Origin: Gemmatimonadaceae bacterium
GTDB lineage: Bacteria > Gemmatimonadota > Gemmatimonadetes > Gemmatimonadales > Gemmatimonadaceae
Direction of reading: 5' to 3'
DNA: 56,445 nt
Assembly (NCBI GenBank): GCA_040901985.1
Contig: JBBDYC010000012.1
Location: forward strand, 1 to 56,445
The notes under the pieces are model-generated. The model saw nothing but the letters and a program-made list of their open reading frames with translations. It searched no databases and was not told the DNA's origin. Every line of letters begins with the position of its first letter. Position 1 is the stretch's first letter. This document shows positions 23,645-32,773 of this stretch, one piece after another. The position numbers were made by a program, and so were the translations under genes.

Positions 23645-25248
23645 CAGGCGCTCCTCCCGGTGTTGATCACGTTGATCTGTTTGTGCCGCGTGGGCGGGCA
23701 GCCGTGGCTCACCGCGTTCGACTGCGTGGGCTGGCCCTTGCCGTCGCCGAAGGCGCCGCCGAGCTCGTAGCTCCGCCGGCCGCCGATCAGGTCCATCGCA
23801 TTCCAGAACTCCGGGGTGCGCATCTGGTAGGCGACGTCCTTGAGCATTCCGGTGATCCTGCCGTTCTTCACCTCGTAGTAGATCTGGCCGCCGAACTGGG
23901 CGTTGTAGCGCTGTTGGTCGATCGAGAACGAGCCGTTGCCGATGATTGCGATCCCGTTCTCGGTGGCGGCAATCAGGTCGTCCCAGCCAAGGTCCTGCTC
24001 GCCGGGGAGGAGGTTGACGTTCGGCATCCGCTGGAACTGGACGTCGGCCCAGGTCTGGGCGTACGAGCAGCCGTGCGAACGCGTTTCCATATTGCGCTGC
24101 CTGTACCACCAGTCGAGCCACATCGCCTGCTCGCGGGTGGTTTGGTAGTCCACCAGCATCCCGTCCTTGACGATGTGATAGTCGCGCGGCGCGACGCCCT
24201 CGTCGTCCCAGCCGCAGGCGGAGAGCGAGCCGGGGACGGAGCGCTCGGCGAGGACGTTCATGAAGTCGGGGCCGTAGCGGAACTTGCCAAGGAAGTCCTC
24301 CGGCGGGGCGAGGAACGACGTGCCGGCATAGTTGGCCTCGAAGCCGTAGGCGCGGTCGAGTTCGGTCGGGTGCGCGATGGACTCGTGGATGGTGAGCCAG
24401 AGGTGGGTCGGATGGAGGACGAGGTCGTAGCGCCCGACCTCGACCGGCTTGGCGGTGAGCTTCTCGCGGCAGAGCTCCACCCACCGTGCCGCGCGACCCT
24501 TGAGGTCGGCGTCGAGCACGTGCTCGTAGCCGAGCCCCTTGGGCTGGATGTCGGTGGACTGGAGGGTCTGGAAGTCGCGATTGTCGGCCGAGACCATCGT
24601 GATGTTCATGTTGGGCTGGGCGCGCATGATGGTCTGCTGCGTCACCGTGCCGAGGGTCGAGGCGAAGGTCTTCTCGTCCTTGAGGAAGAACATCGAGGAG
24701 TTCACGAACCGGGCGCCGGCGGCGAGCGCGGCGGCGTTGGCCTCGAGGAGGTAGGCGACCTTGTCCTCGATCGCGATGGTGAACGGGTCAATCCGGGCCG
24801 GACTCCGCCAGACGCCATTGGGGACGGCGGGCGTCGGCGCGAGCTCGACCGGCTTGACCATCGCCGCGCGGTTGGCCCGCGCCTGGGCGACGGCCTGCCG
24901 CGCCACGCGCGCGACCTCGTCGGCGGTGACGTCGCTCGAGGCGGCAAAGCCCCACGACCCGCCGACGAGCACGCGAACGCCGAACCCGAAGGTGTCGTTG
25001 TCGCCGATGTTGGTGACACGGCGCTCGCGGGTGCCGATGTTCTGGGAGCGGGCGCTCGAGATGCGGCAGTCGGCGTAGTCGGCGCCGGCGGCCTTCGCGG
25101 CATCAATGGCGCGGAGGGCGAGTTCGCGGTGGTCGCTGCCACCCTGGTGCGCGCTCGGCGCGGTGGCGGCGAGGTTGGGGGCGATCAGCCCGACAGCGGC
25201 GGCAGCGGCGGCCGATTGTTGCAGGAACTCCCGGCGGGTGGCGGTCAC
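23644..25248 (-). CDS. TldD-family metalloprotease with Tat signal (pair 1)
   Basis: GTG start with GAGGG RBS; TATRREFLQQSAAAAAAVGL; HESIAHPTELD; DGKGQP. Confidence 0.93.
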   Translation of the reverse strand: MTATRREFLQQSAAAAAAVGLIAPNLAATAPSAHQGGSDHRELALRAIDAAKAAGADYADCRISSARSQNIGTRERRVTNIGDNDTFGFGVRVLVGGSWGFAASSDVTADEVARVARQAVAQARANRAAMVKPVELAPTPAVPNGVWRSPARIDPFTIAIEDKVAYLLEANAAALAAGARFVNSSMFFLKDEKTFASTLGTVTQQTIMRAQPNMNITMVSADNRDFQTLQSTDIQPKGLGYEHVLDADLKGRAARWVELCREKLTAKPVEVGRYDLVLHPTHLWLTIHESIAHPTELDRAYGFEANYAGTSFLAPPEDFLGKFRYGPDFMNVLAERSVPGSLSACGWDDEGVAPRDYHIVKDGMLVDYQTTREQAMWLDWWYRQRNMETRSHGCSYAQTWADVQFQRMPNVNLLPGEQDLGWDDLIAATENGIAIIGNGSFSIDQQRYNAQFGGQIYYEVKNGRITGMLKDVAYQMRTPEFWNAMDLIGGRRSYELGGAFGDGKGQPTQSNAVSHGCPPTRHKQINVINTGRSA

Positions 25249-25338
25249 GCAAATCCCTCGGCAGGACGGAGGATGGCAGCGGAAGTGCTCAGGCGAGAAT
25301 ATACGGGCGTGGACGGACCCAGCCAGCGTGCGACCGCG

Positions 25339-25378
25339 CACGTACCGACACGTACCGACACGTACCGACACGTACCGA
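25339..25378. repeat. perfect 10-bp tandem repeat (CACGTACCGA)x4
   Basis: Seen directly, in the divergent tldD/fdh intergenic region. Confidence 0.97.
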
Positions 25379-25441
25379 TTGTGTACGCGCGCGACCGGGG
25401 CCAACGTTCAGACACCCCGCACCCGACGAGAGTTTGTCCCG

Positions 25442-28399
25442 ATGCCCAAGCTGACGGTGGATGGCCAAGCCTGCGAGGTGGCGGACGGCGCGACGATCCT
25501 CGACGCGGCGCGCGCGGCCGGCATTGACGTCCCCACGCTCTGCTGGTATCCGCAGCTCCCGACGGTCGGCAACTGCCGCATCTGCCTTGTCTCGGTGGAC
25601 GGGACGCCGAAACTCGTCGCGTCGTGCGCGACCGCCGCCGCCGACGGAATGGTCGTCCACACGGAATCGCACTCGGCGGTCAGGAACCGGCAGGGCGTGC
25701 TCTCGCTCCTCCTCGAACGCTACCCCGTGGAGACGCTCCGCACCGACCGGCCGAGGACCGAATTCGAGGCGCTCGTCCAACGCTACGGCGTCCCGCTGCG
25801 GCGGTCGGCCGAGCTCCCGCTCCGCGGCGGCGACGAGCGGGCGACCGACCACATCATCACCCACGACATGAGCACCTGCATCCTCTGCACACGCTGCGTG
25901 CGGGCGTGCGAGGACATCCAGGTGGTCGGCGTGCTGGAGATGGCGCGGCGGGGGGAGCACGCCGAGATCATCGTCGGCGCCGACGGCAATCCCGAGCACG
26001 CCGGCTGCACCTGGTGCGGCGAGTGCGTACGCGTCTGCCCGACCGGCGCGATCCACGACATCCTGCCGCTGGCCAAGCTCAAGCTGGGCACGATGGACGC
26101 GCCGGCCACGAAGGTCCGATCGGTGTGCCCGTACTGCGCGGTGGGGTGTCAGCTCGACCTCGAGGTGCGCGACGGCCAGGTGGCGCGCGTGACGTCGCCG
26201 TGGATCGAGGAGCCGACCCCGAACACCGGATCCACCTGCGTGAAGGGGCGCTTCGGGACGGACTTCATCCTGCATCGCGACCGGTTGACGACGCCGCTGA
26301 TCCGCCGCGGCTGGGCGCGCGGGGCGGACGGCGCCTGGCGGTACGACGCCGCCAGCGACCCGTCGGCGGCGGCGTGGCCACGGCGCGGCGGGCCGTGGGA
26401 GGCGGTGGAGGACGAGGGCCGCGCCCAAAAGGACCGCCGCCCGCGCACCAATCCGTTCCGCCGCCGCGTGGACCCGGGCGCCGACGCTGCCCTCGGCGAT
26501 CCCCGCGACCGGTTGGCGACGCCCGCCGAGTGGTTCGCGCCTTTCCGCGAGGCGTCGTGGGAAGAGGCCCTCGACCTCACCGCGCAGCAGCTCGTGCGCC
26601 TGCGTGACACGCACGGCCCCGACGCGCTCGCCACGTTCGCGTCCGCCAAGTGCGCCAACGAGGAGAACTACGTCCTCCAGAAGCTCTTCCGCGCGGGGAT
26701 CGGCACCAACAACGTGGACCACTGCACGCGGCTCTGCCATTCGTCGTCGGTGACCGCGATGCAGCGGGCGATGAACACCTCGGCGGCCTCCGGCTCGATG
26801 CGCGAGGTGGAGCACGAGTCGGAGGTGATCTTCATCCTCGGCGCGAACACGACCGAGAGCCACCCGGTGTTCGGCGCGGCGATCAAGCGGGCGCTCAAGC
26901 GCGGGGCGACGCTGATCGTCGCCGACCCGCGGCGGATCGAACTCGCCGCGCGCGCCGACCTCCACCTGCAGATCCTGCCCGGCACCGACGTCGCGTTGCT
27001 CAACGCGATGCTGCATCACGTCCTTGCCGCCGGCCTCGAGGACAGGGCGTTCCTTGCCGCGCGCACCACCGGATTCGACGCCGTCCGCGCGGCGGTGCAG
27101 CCGTACACGCCCGAACTCGCCGAATCGATCACCGGCGTGTCGGCGGCGACGATCCGCGCCGCCGCCGAGGCGTACGCCCGCGGCCCGCGCTCGGCCACGC
27201 TCTGGGCGATGGGACTGACGCAGCATCACACCGGCACGGACATCGTCACGTCGTTGCTCAACCTGATGTTCGCCTGCGGGATGATCGGGCGCTGGGGCGC
27301 CCCGATGCTCCCGATCCGCGGGCAGAACAACGTCCAGGGGTCGAGCGATATGGGCGCGATCCCGTTCGCCTTCACCGACTATCGGCGGGTGGACGACGCG
27401 GCGGTGCGCGCCGAGTACGCGGCGGCGTGGGGCGTGCCGGTCGAGCGGCTCTCGGCGACCGTGGGGCGGAAGGTCACCGAGATCGTCGGCGCCGATTCGC
27501 CGGTGCGCGGCCTCTACATCATGGGCGAGAACCCCATCATCTCCGACCCCGACGTGGCGCACGCCGAGGAGTGGTTCCTCGGGCTCGAGTTCCTCGCCGT
27601 CCAGGACCTCTTCCTGACGGAGTCGGCGCGGTGTGCCGACGTGGTGCTGCCCGGCGCGTCATTCGCCGAGAAGGACGGGACGTTCGTGAACACGGAGCGA
27701 CGGATCCAGCTGTCGCGAAAGGCGGTGGACCCGCCGGGCAATGCGCGGGGCGATCTCGAGATCGTCCTCGATCTCTCGCGACGGCTCGGTGTGCCGACAC
27801 CGTATTCGACCGCCGAGGCCGTCTTCGAGGAGATCGCGCGAGTGACGCCGAGCTGGCGCGGGGTGTCGTATGCGCGGCTCCGCGAGCGGATCGGCGGGCT
27901 GCAGTATCCGGTGCCCCACGCGACGCACGAGGGGACGGCGTTTCTCTTCGACGACCGCTTTCCGACCACCGACGGGCGCGCGCGGATGGTGGCGGTGGAG
28001 TATCTCCCGCCGGCAGAGTTGCCCGACGCCGAGTATCCGTTCTTCCTGAATACCGGACGCCAGATGTACCACTGGCACACCGGGACGATGACGCGGCGCT
28101 CGAACGCGCTCGATGCGCGGGAGAGCACGGCGACGGTGGAACTGCACCCGACGGACGCCGCCGAGATCGGTGTCGCGGACGGCGACGAGGTCGCGATCAC
28201 GTCGCGGCGCAACACGATTCGCATCGCGGTCCGCCTGACGGACCGGGTGGCGCGCCGGCAGGTGTTCATCCCGATGCACTACCGGGAGGCGGCGGCCAAC
28301 CTGCTGACCAACCCGGCGCTCGACGGGCCGTCGGGAATCCCCGAGTTCAAGGTGTGCGCGGTGCGGATCGAGGCGGTGAAGGCGGCGCTCGTCCAGTAG
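25442..28399 (+). CDS. Mo/W-bisPGD formate dehydrogenase alpha subunit (FdhF/FdsA-like), Cys-type
   Basis: N-terminal 2Fe-2S (PTLC...NCRICLV...ASC), CILCTRCVRAC, CTWCGECVRVCP, CPYCAVGC...CVKGRFG, NNVDHCTRLCH, RGQNNVQG, PEFKVCAV. Confidence 0.92.
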   Translation: MPKLTVDGQACEVADGATILDAARAAGIDVPTLCWYPQLPTVGNCRICLVSVDGTPKLVASCATAAADGMVVHTESHSAVRNRQGVLSLLLERYPVETLRTDRPRTEFEALVQRYGVPLRRSAELPLRGGDERATDHIITHDMSTCILCTRCVRACEDIQVVGVLEMARRGEHAEIIVGADGNPEHAGCTWCGECVRVCPTGAIHDILPLAKLKLGTMDAPATKVRSVCPYCAVGCQLDLEVRDGQVARVTSPWIEEPTPNTGSTCVKGRFGTDFILHRDRLTTPLIRRGWARGADGAWRYDAASDPSAAAWPRRGGPWEAVEDEGRAQKDRRPRTNPFRRRVDPGADAALGDPRDRLATPAEWFAPFREASWEEALDLTAQQLVRLRDTHGPDALATFASAKCANEENYVLQKLFRAGIGTNNVDHCTRLCHSSSVTAMQRAMNTSAASGSMREVEHESEVIFILGANTTESHPVFGAAIKRALKRGATLIVADPRRIELAARADLHLQILPGTDVALLNAMLHHVLAAGLEDRAFLAARTTGFDAVRAAVQPYTPELAESITGVSAATIRAAAEAYARGPRSATLWAMGLTQHHTGTDIVTSLLNLMFACGMIGRWGAPMLPIRGQNNVQGSSDMGAIPFAFTDYRRVDDAAVRAEYAAAWGVPVERLSATVGRKVTEIVGADSPVRGLYIMGENPIISDPDVAHAEEWFLGLEFLAVQDLFLTESARCADVVLPGASFAEKDGTFVNTERRIQLSRKAVDPPGNARGDLEIVLDLSRRLGVPTPYSTAEAVFEEIARVTPSWRGVSYARLRERIGGLQYPVPHATHEGTAFLFDDRFPTTDGRARMVAVEYLPPAELPDAEYPFFLNTGRQMYHWHTGTMTRRSNALDARESTATVELHPTDAAEIGVADGDEVAITSRRNTIRIAVRLTDRVARRQVFIPMHYREAAANLLTNPALDGPSGIPEFKVCAVRIEAVKAALVQ

Positions 28400-28409
28400 C
28401 GCGCCGCGC

Positions 28410-30413
28410 TCAGCTCTCGTCCACCGCCGGCAGGAAGACGTGGAAGGCGGTCCCCACGCCGACCTTCGTTTCGACGTCAATCACGCCGCCCGCCTGGTGG
28501 ACGATGCCGTGTACCGTCGGCAGGCCAAGCCCAGTGCCCTGCCCGAGCGGCTTGGTGGTGAAGAAGGGTTCCCACGCCCTCCCCTGCACCTCCGGCGGCA
28601 TCCCGGTGCCGCTGTCGCGCACGGTCAGCCGGACGCCCTTGGTGGCGCCGCGCACGGCATTCGCCGTCTCGACGGCGAGGCGCCCGCCGCCCGGCATCGC
28701 ATCGCGCGCGTTGACGGCGAGGTTCATCAGCACCTGCTCGAACTGCGTCGGGTCGAGCCGCACCTGGCGCAGGCCCGGTTCGGAGCGGATCAGGAGCGTG
28801 ATGTTGGGGCCGAGCAGCGGCGCCAGGAGTCGGCTGAAGTTCTCGACGACGACGCCGATATCCACGATCTGGGGCGCGATCACCCTCTGGCGGGCGAAGG
28901 CGAGGAGCTGCTGGGTGAGCTCGCCGGCCCGGGTGGCGGCCCGTTCGATCTCGGCAAGGTCGGCGCGGCGGGGATCGTCCTTGTCGAACGTGTTGCCGAT
29001 CAGCTCGGCGTAGCCGATGACCGCGGTCATCAGGTTGTTGAAGTCGTGGGCGACGCCACCGGCGAGCCGGCCGACGCTCTCCAGTCGGCGCGCCTCGGCT
29101 TCCTCGGCGTCGCGATGCCGGCGCGCGGTGACGTTGCGCACGACCTGGGAGGCCCCGACCACGTCGCCGTGCGCGTCACGGACCGGCCCGTAAGTGATCT
29201 CGTACTCATCGCGTACGCGCGCCGGATCACCGAGGGCGCGAGTGACCGTGAAATACTCGCCGCCGAGTGCGCGCCGCCAATAGGCGAGCGACTCCTCGGC
29301 GTCCCCGGGCAGGTTGACGTAGGCGTCCTCCATCCGCATCCCGGGGCGCACCGTCACGTCGCTGATCCGCCTGAACCCCTCGACCCACGCGGGGTTCGCG
29401 GCGATGAACACGAGGTCCCGGTCCACCGCGGCAATCAGGTCGCCCGACCCCTCGATGATGGCGGCCAGCTGCGCGTAGGCACCGCGGGCACGCTCCTCGG
29501 CCGCCTCGCGCTCGACGAGCGCCACCGGAAAGATCATCGCCGGGCCAACGAGCGAGGCGAGGTACATCCAGGCGCGCTGCCCGCGCACGAACGCCTCGGG
29601 ACCGAAGACCTCGAACGGTCCGATCCCGAGCACGGTGGACGCAATCACCACGGTGATCAGCATCGCCGCGATGATTGCGAAGCCGCGGGAGCCGAACCGG
29701 AGGGCGGCCCACGACAGGAACGGCAGGGTCGCGACGGCGGGTGGGAGGGCCAGCACCGGCTCGCCGACGAGCAGGAACGCGTTGAGGAGGGCGAGTAGGT
29801 AGAACGCGGCGAGCGCGAGAAACTCGAGGCTGGCGAGCCGGGGCCTCTTGCGCGCCACGACCGTCGGCGCCGTGAACGCGAGGAGTACCGGGGCGAGGGC
29901 CGCGCCTGAGGTCACGGCGGCGACCCACCAGTTTCGGATCGAATAGGCGCCTAACAGCTCGGGGCCGACGAGTTGGACTATCGCCGCAGCGACGAGCGCC
30001 GTCGGAATCACTCCGACGAGGATCGCCATCATAAACCAGGCATAGGCCGTGGCGTTCGCGAGGGGATGGCGGCGGCGGGCAAGCCGCTGGAAGATCAGCA
30101 AGATGACCAGGCCCTGCGCCGCCACGAGCGCCGCCGATCCGATGGCGCGGAGCAAGGCACCGCCGGCGAGCAACCCGCCGACCGCGACCGCCACCAAGAC
30201 GCCAACACCCACCTGCCGGCGCGACCGTTCCGACGCCCCAACGAGGATGGTGAGGCCGAGACCGTGGGTGGGCCACGGGATCAGCGCGCCTTCCACGTGA
30301 CGCAACGCCGACGGGGACAGCCAGACGACGAGCGCCAGCACCACCAGCGCGGCCGCAGTCAGCGGGACGGGAATGCCATCGTCGGCGTCGTGGCGGAGAG
30401 ACGTGCGGAGCAT
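28410..30413 (-). CDS. MASE1-PAS sensor histidine kinase
   Basis: Multi-TM N-terminus (WAALRFGSRG), PAS domain, LAGGVAHDFNNLMT, QVLMNLAVNARDAM, PFFTTK..GTGLGL. Confidence 0.9.
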   Translation of the reverse strand: MLRTSLRHDADDGIPVPLTAAALVVLALVVWLSPSALRHVEGALIPWPTHGLGLTILVGASERSRRQVGVGVLVAVAVGGLLAGGALLRAIGSAALVAAQGLVILLIFQRLARRRHPLANATAYAWFMMAILVGVIPTALVAAAIVQLVGPELLGAYSIRNWWVAAVTSGAALAPVLLAFTAPTVVARKRPRLASLEFLALAAFYLLALLNAFLLVGEPVLALPPAVATLPFLSWAALRFGSRGFAIIAAMLITVVIASTVLGIGPFEVFGPEAFVRGQRAWMYLASLVGPAMIFPVALVEREAAEERARGAYAQLAAIIEGSGDLIAAVDRDLVFIAANPAWVEGFRRISDVTVRPGMRMEDAYVNLPGDAEESLAYWRRALGGEYFTVTRALGDPARVRDEYEITYGPVRDAHGDVVGASQVVRNVTARRHRDAEEAEARRLESVGRLAGGVAHDFNNLMTAVIGYAELIGNTFDKDDPRRADLAEIERAATRAGELTQQLLAFARQRVIAPQIVDIGVVVENFSRLLAPLLGPNITLLIRSEPGLRQVRLDPTQFEQVLMNLAVNARDAMPGGGRLAVETANAVRGATKGVRLTVRDSGTGMPPEVQGRAWEPFFTTKPLGQGTGLGLPTVHGIVHQAGGVIDVETKVGVGTAFHVFLPAVDES

Positions 30414-30506
30414 CGGCGGGGTTCGGGGAACGCGCCCCTTTCATCTGCGGGGCGACGCGGCGACGTTTCAGTATCGGTCGTCCCTCAAAATACGTGAGTC
30501 CCCAGT

Positions 30507-31532
30507 TTGCGCGCCTTGGTCAAGGAATCCCCCGTCGCGGGATTCACCCTCAAGGAAGTTCCCGTCCCCGTGATCCGGGATGATGAAGTACTGATCCGTG
30601 TCCGCCGCGCCGGCGTCTGCGGGACCGACGTCCACCTCCACGAGTGGGACGCCTGGGCGCAGGGTCGTTGCCGTCCGCCGTTCACGGTCGGCCACGAATT
30701 CGCCGGCGAAGTCGAGAAGGTCGGCGGCCTGGTCACCGACGTGAAGGTCGGCGACCGGGTGACGGCGGAGGGTCACATCGTGTGCGGCCACTGCCATCTC
30801 TGCCGCACGGGGAACGCCCACGTCTGCCCGAACACGAAGATCATCGGGGTGGACCGCGATGGCGCATTCGCGGACTACATCGCGATGCCGGCGACCAATG
30901 TCTGGCAGCTCGACCCGGACATCCCGTTCGAGATAGGCGGGATTCACGACCCGATGGGCAATGCGTTCCACACCGCGCTCCACGGCACCGATATGCCGGG
31001 CGCGACGGTGCTGGTCACCGGCTGCGGCCCGATCGGGATCTTCGCGGTGGGGATCGCCAAGGCCGCCGGCGCCTCGTACATCGTCGCCAGCGACGTGAAT
31101 CCGATGCGTCTCGCGCTCGCGCAGGCGATGGGCGCGCACTCGGCGGTCCAGCCGAAGGACGCCGAGACTGCGGTCCGGCAGGCCACCCACGGCCTCGGCG
31201 TGGACGTCGTCCTCGAGATGAGCGGCGTGCCGGCCGCCATCCATCAGGCCTTCCAGCTCGTGCGCGTCGGCGGGCGCGTGCAGATGCTCGGCATCCCGTC
31301 GAAACCGATGGACGTGGATTTCGCCACCGAGGTGATTTTCAAGGGGATCACGGTCTACGGCGTGGTCGGCCGACGGATGTACGACACCTGGATTCAGATG
31401 ACCCAGTTCCTGCGGTCGGGACAGTTCGACCCGACCCCGGTGATCACGCACCGCCTCCCGCTCGAGCAGCACGCCGAGGCGATTGCGGTCATCAAGTCGG
31501 GGGAGGCGGGGAAGGTTGTCTTTGAGATATGA
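30507..31532 (+). CDS. tdh: L-threonine 3-dehydrogenase
   Basis: GVCGTDVH, GHEFAG, CGHCHLCRTGNAHVC, DPMGNAFHT, GCGPIG, LEMSG, GRRMYDTW; next to kbl. Confidence 0.95.
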   Translation: MRALVKESPVAGFTLKEVPVPVIRDDEVLIRVRRAGVCGTDVHLHEWDAWAQGRCRPPFTVGHEFAGEVEKVGGLVTDVKVGDRVTAEGHIVCGHCHLCRTGNAHVCPNTKIIGVDRDGAFADYIAMPATNVWQLDPDIPFEIGGIHDPMGNAFHTALHGTDMPGATVLVTGCGPIGIFAVGIAKAAGASYIVASDVNPMRLALAQAMGAHSAVQPKDAETAVRQATHGLGVDVVLEMSGVPAAIHQAFQLVRVGGRVQMLGIPSKPMDVDFATEVIFKGITVYGVVGRRMYDTWIQMTQFLRSGQFDPTPVITHRLPLEQHAEAIAVIKSGEAGKVVFEI

Positions 31533-31570
31533 GATGGCAGGCCACGCGTGACTCACCTTACATCCAGTCC

Positions 31571-32773
31571 ATGACCAAGTCGTTCTTCGCCGCGCTGCAG
31601 ACCGAGCTCGACGCCCTGAAGGCCGGCGGCACCTACAAGCGGCTGAACCATCTCGCGTCGCCGCAATCGGCGCGGGTGCAGATGGAAGGACGCGGCGAGG
31701 TGCTCATCCTGAGCTCGAACAACTATCTCGGACTCTGCGATGAGCCGGCGGTGGTCGAGGCGGGGATCGCCGGCTTGCGGACGTTCGGCGCCGGCACCGG
31801 GAGCGTGCGCTTCATCTGCGGCACCTTCACGGTGCACCGCGAGCTCGAGGCGGCGATCGCCCGATTCGTCGGGACATCGGCGGCGATGAGCTACGTCTCG
31901 GCCTGGAATGCCAACGAGGGGCTCACCGCGTCGGTCGTCGCGGAGGGGGACTTTGTCATCTCCGACGCGCTCAACCACGCCTCGATCATCGACTCGATTC
32001 GCCTGGCGAAGGCGATCACGAAGTGCACGACCGCCGTCTACCGGCACGGCGACCTCGACGACCTCGTCGAGAAGCTCGGGGCGAACAAGGGTGCCAAGCG
32101 GCGGCTGATCTGGACCGACGGCGTCTTTTCGATGGAAGGGAGCATCGCCAGGCTTCCCGAGCTGATCCAGGCGGCGCGCGACCACGATGCGGTGCTGATC
32201 GTGGACGACTCGCACGCCACGGGCGTGCTCGGCGCGTGCGGCCGCGGCACCGCGGAGCACTTCGGCCTGCTCGGCGAGGTGGACGTGATCACGTCCACGC
32301 TGGGGAAGGCGCTCGGGGGCGCGGCGGGCGGGTTCGTCGCCGGGCCGTCGGCGCTCTGCGACACGCTCACGCAGCGCTCGCGCCCGCAGCTGTTCTCCAA
32401 CGCGCTTCCGCCGACGGTGGCGGCGAGCGCGCTGGCGAGCATCGAGTTCATCGAGGCGCACCCCGAGCGGGTGCGCACGCTCCGCGAACGGTCAAGCTAC
32501 TTTCGCGCCGCGATCCGCGAGGCGGGATTCAACCCGCTCGACGGCGAGACCCCAATCGTGCCGATCATCATCGGCGAGACGGCGGACGCGATCCGGATGA
32601 GCGAGCTGCTGCTCGACGAGGGGATCTTCGTGACCGGGTTTGGCTTCCCGGTGGTGCCGCAGGGGACGGCGCGGCTGCGGTGCCAGATCTCGGCGGCGCA
32701 CAGCCGCCAAGACCTGGACTACGCGGTGCAGGCGATCCGGAAGGTCGGGCTGAAGACCGGCGTGATCAGGTAG
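31571..32773 (+). CDS. kbl: glycine C-acetyltransferase (2-amino-3-ketobutyrate CoA ligase)
   Basis: SNNYLGL, SVRFICGT, DALNHASIID, DGVFSMEG, DDSHATG, STLGKALGG, QRSRPQLFSN. Confidence 0.93.
   Translation: MTKSFFAALQTELDALKAGGTYKRLNHLASPQSARVQMEGRGEVLILSSNNYLGLCDEPAVVEAGIAGLRTFGAGTGSVRFICGTFTVHRELEAAIARFVGTSAAMSYVSAWNANEGLTASVVAEGDFVISDALNHASIIDSIRLAKAITKCTTAVYRHGDLDDLVEKLGANKGAKRRLIWTDGVFSMEGSIARLPELIQAARDHDAVLIVDDSHATGVLGACGRGTAEHFGLLGEVDVITSTLGKALGGAAGGFVAGPSALCDTLTQRSRPQLFSNALPPTVAASALASIEFIEAHPERVRTLRERSSYFRAAIREAGFNPLDGETPIVPIIIGETADAIRMSELLLDEGIFVTGFGFPVVPQGTARLRCQISAAHSRQDLDYAVQAIRKVGLKTGVIR

Noticed and set aside
21083..23770. 895-aa plus-strand ORF and similar long antisense ORFs (e.g. 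12575-14014, 25289-27562, 37696-39792, 50786-52594)
   Set aside because: Shadow ORFs opposite well-supported genes; expected in high-GC DNA and lacking protein motifs.
19132..25248. RiPP cluster with the Lys-rich peptide as TldD/E-processed precursor
   Set aside because: No modifying enzymes (YcaO, radical SAM, LanM) or exporter nearby; the peptide has no leader/core structure or export signal while TldD appears exported.
25339..25378. CRISPR array
   Set aside because: Contiguous 10-bp units without spacers; no cas genes or repeat-spacer pattern seen in the window.
25106..25441. N-terminal extension of FDH in the ORF track
   Set aside because: Overlaps tldD on the other strand and runs through the tandem repeat; the domain begins at MPKLTVDG (25442).
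26720..26745. Selenocysteine in formate dehydrogenase
   Set aside because: The active-site codon is TGC (Cys) at 26735-26737 and the ORF has no in-frame TGA.
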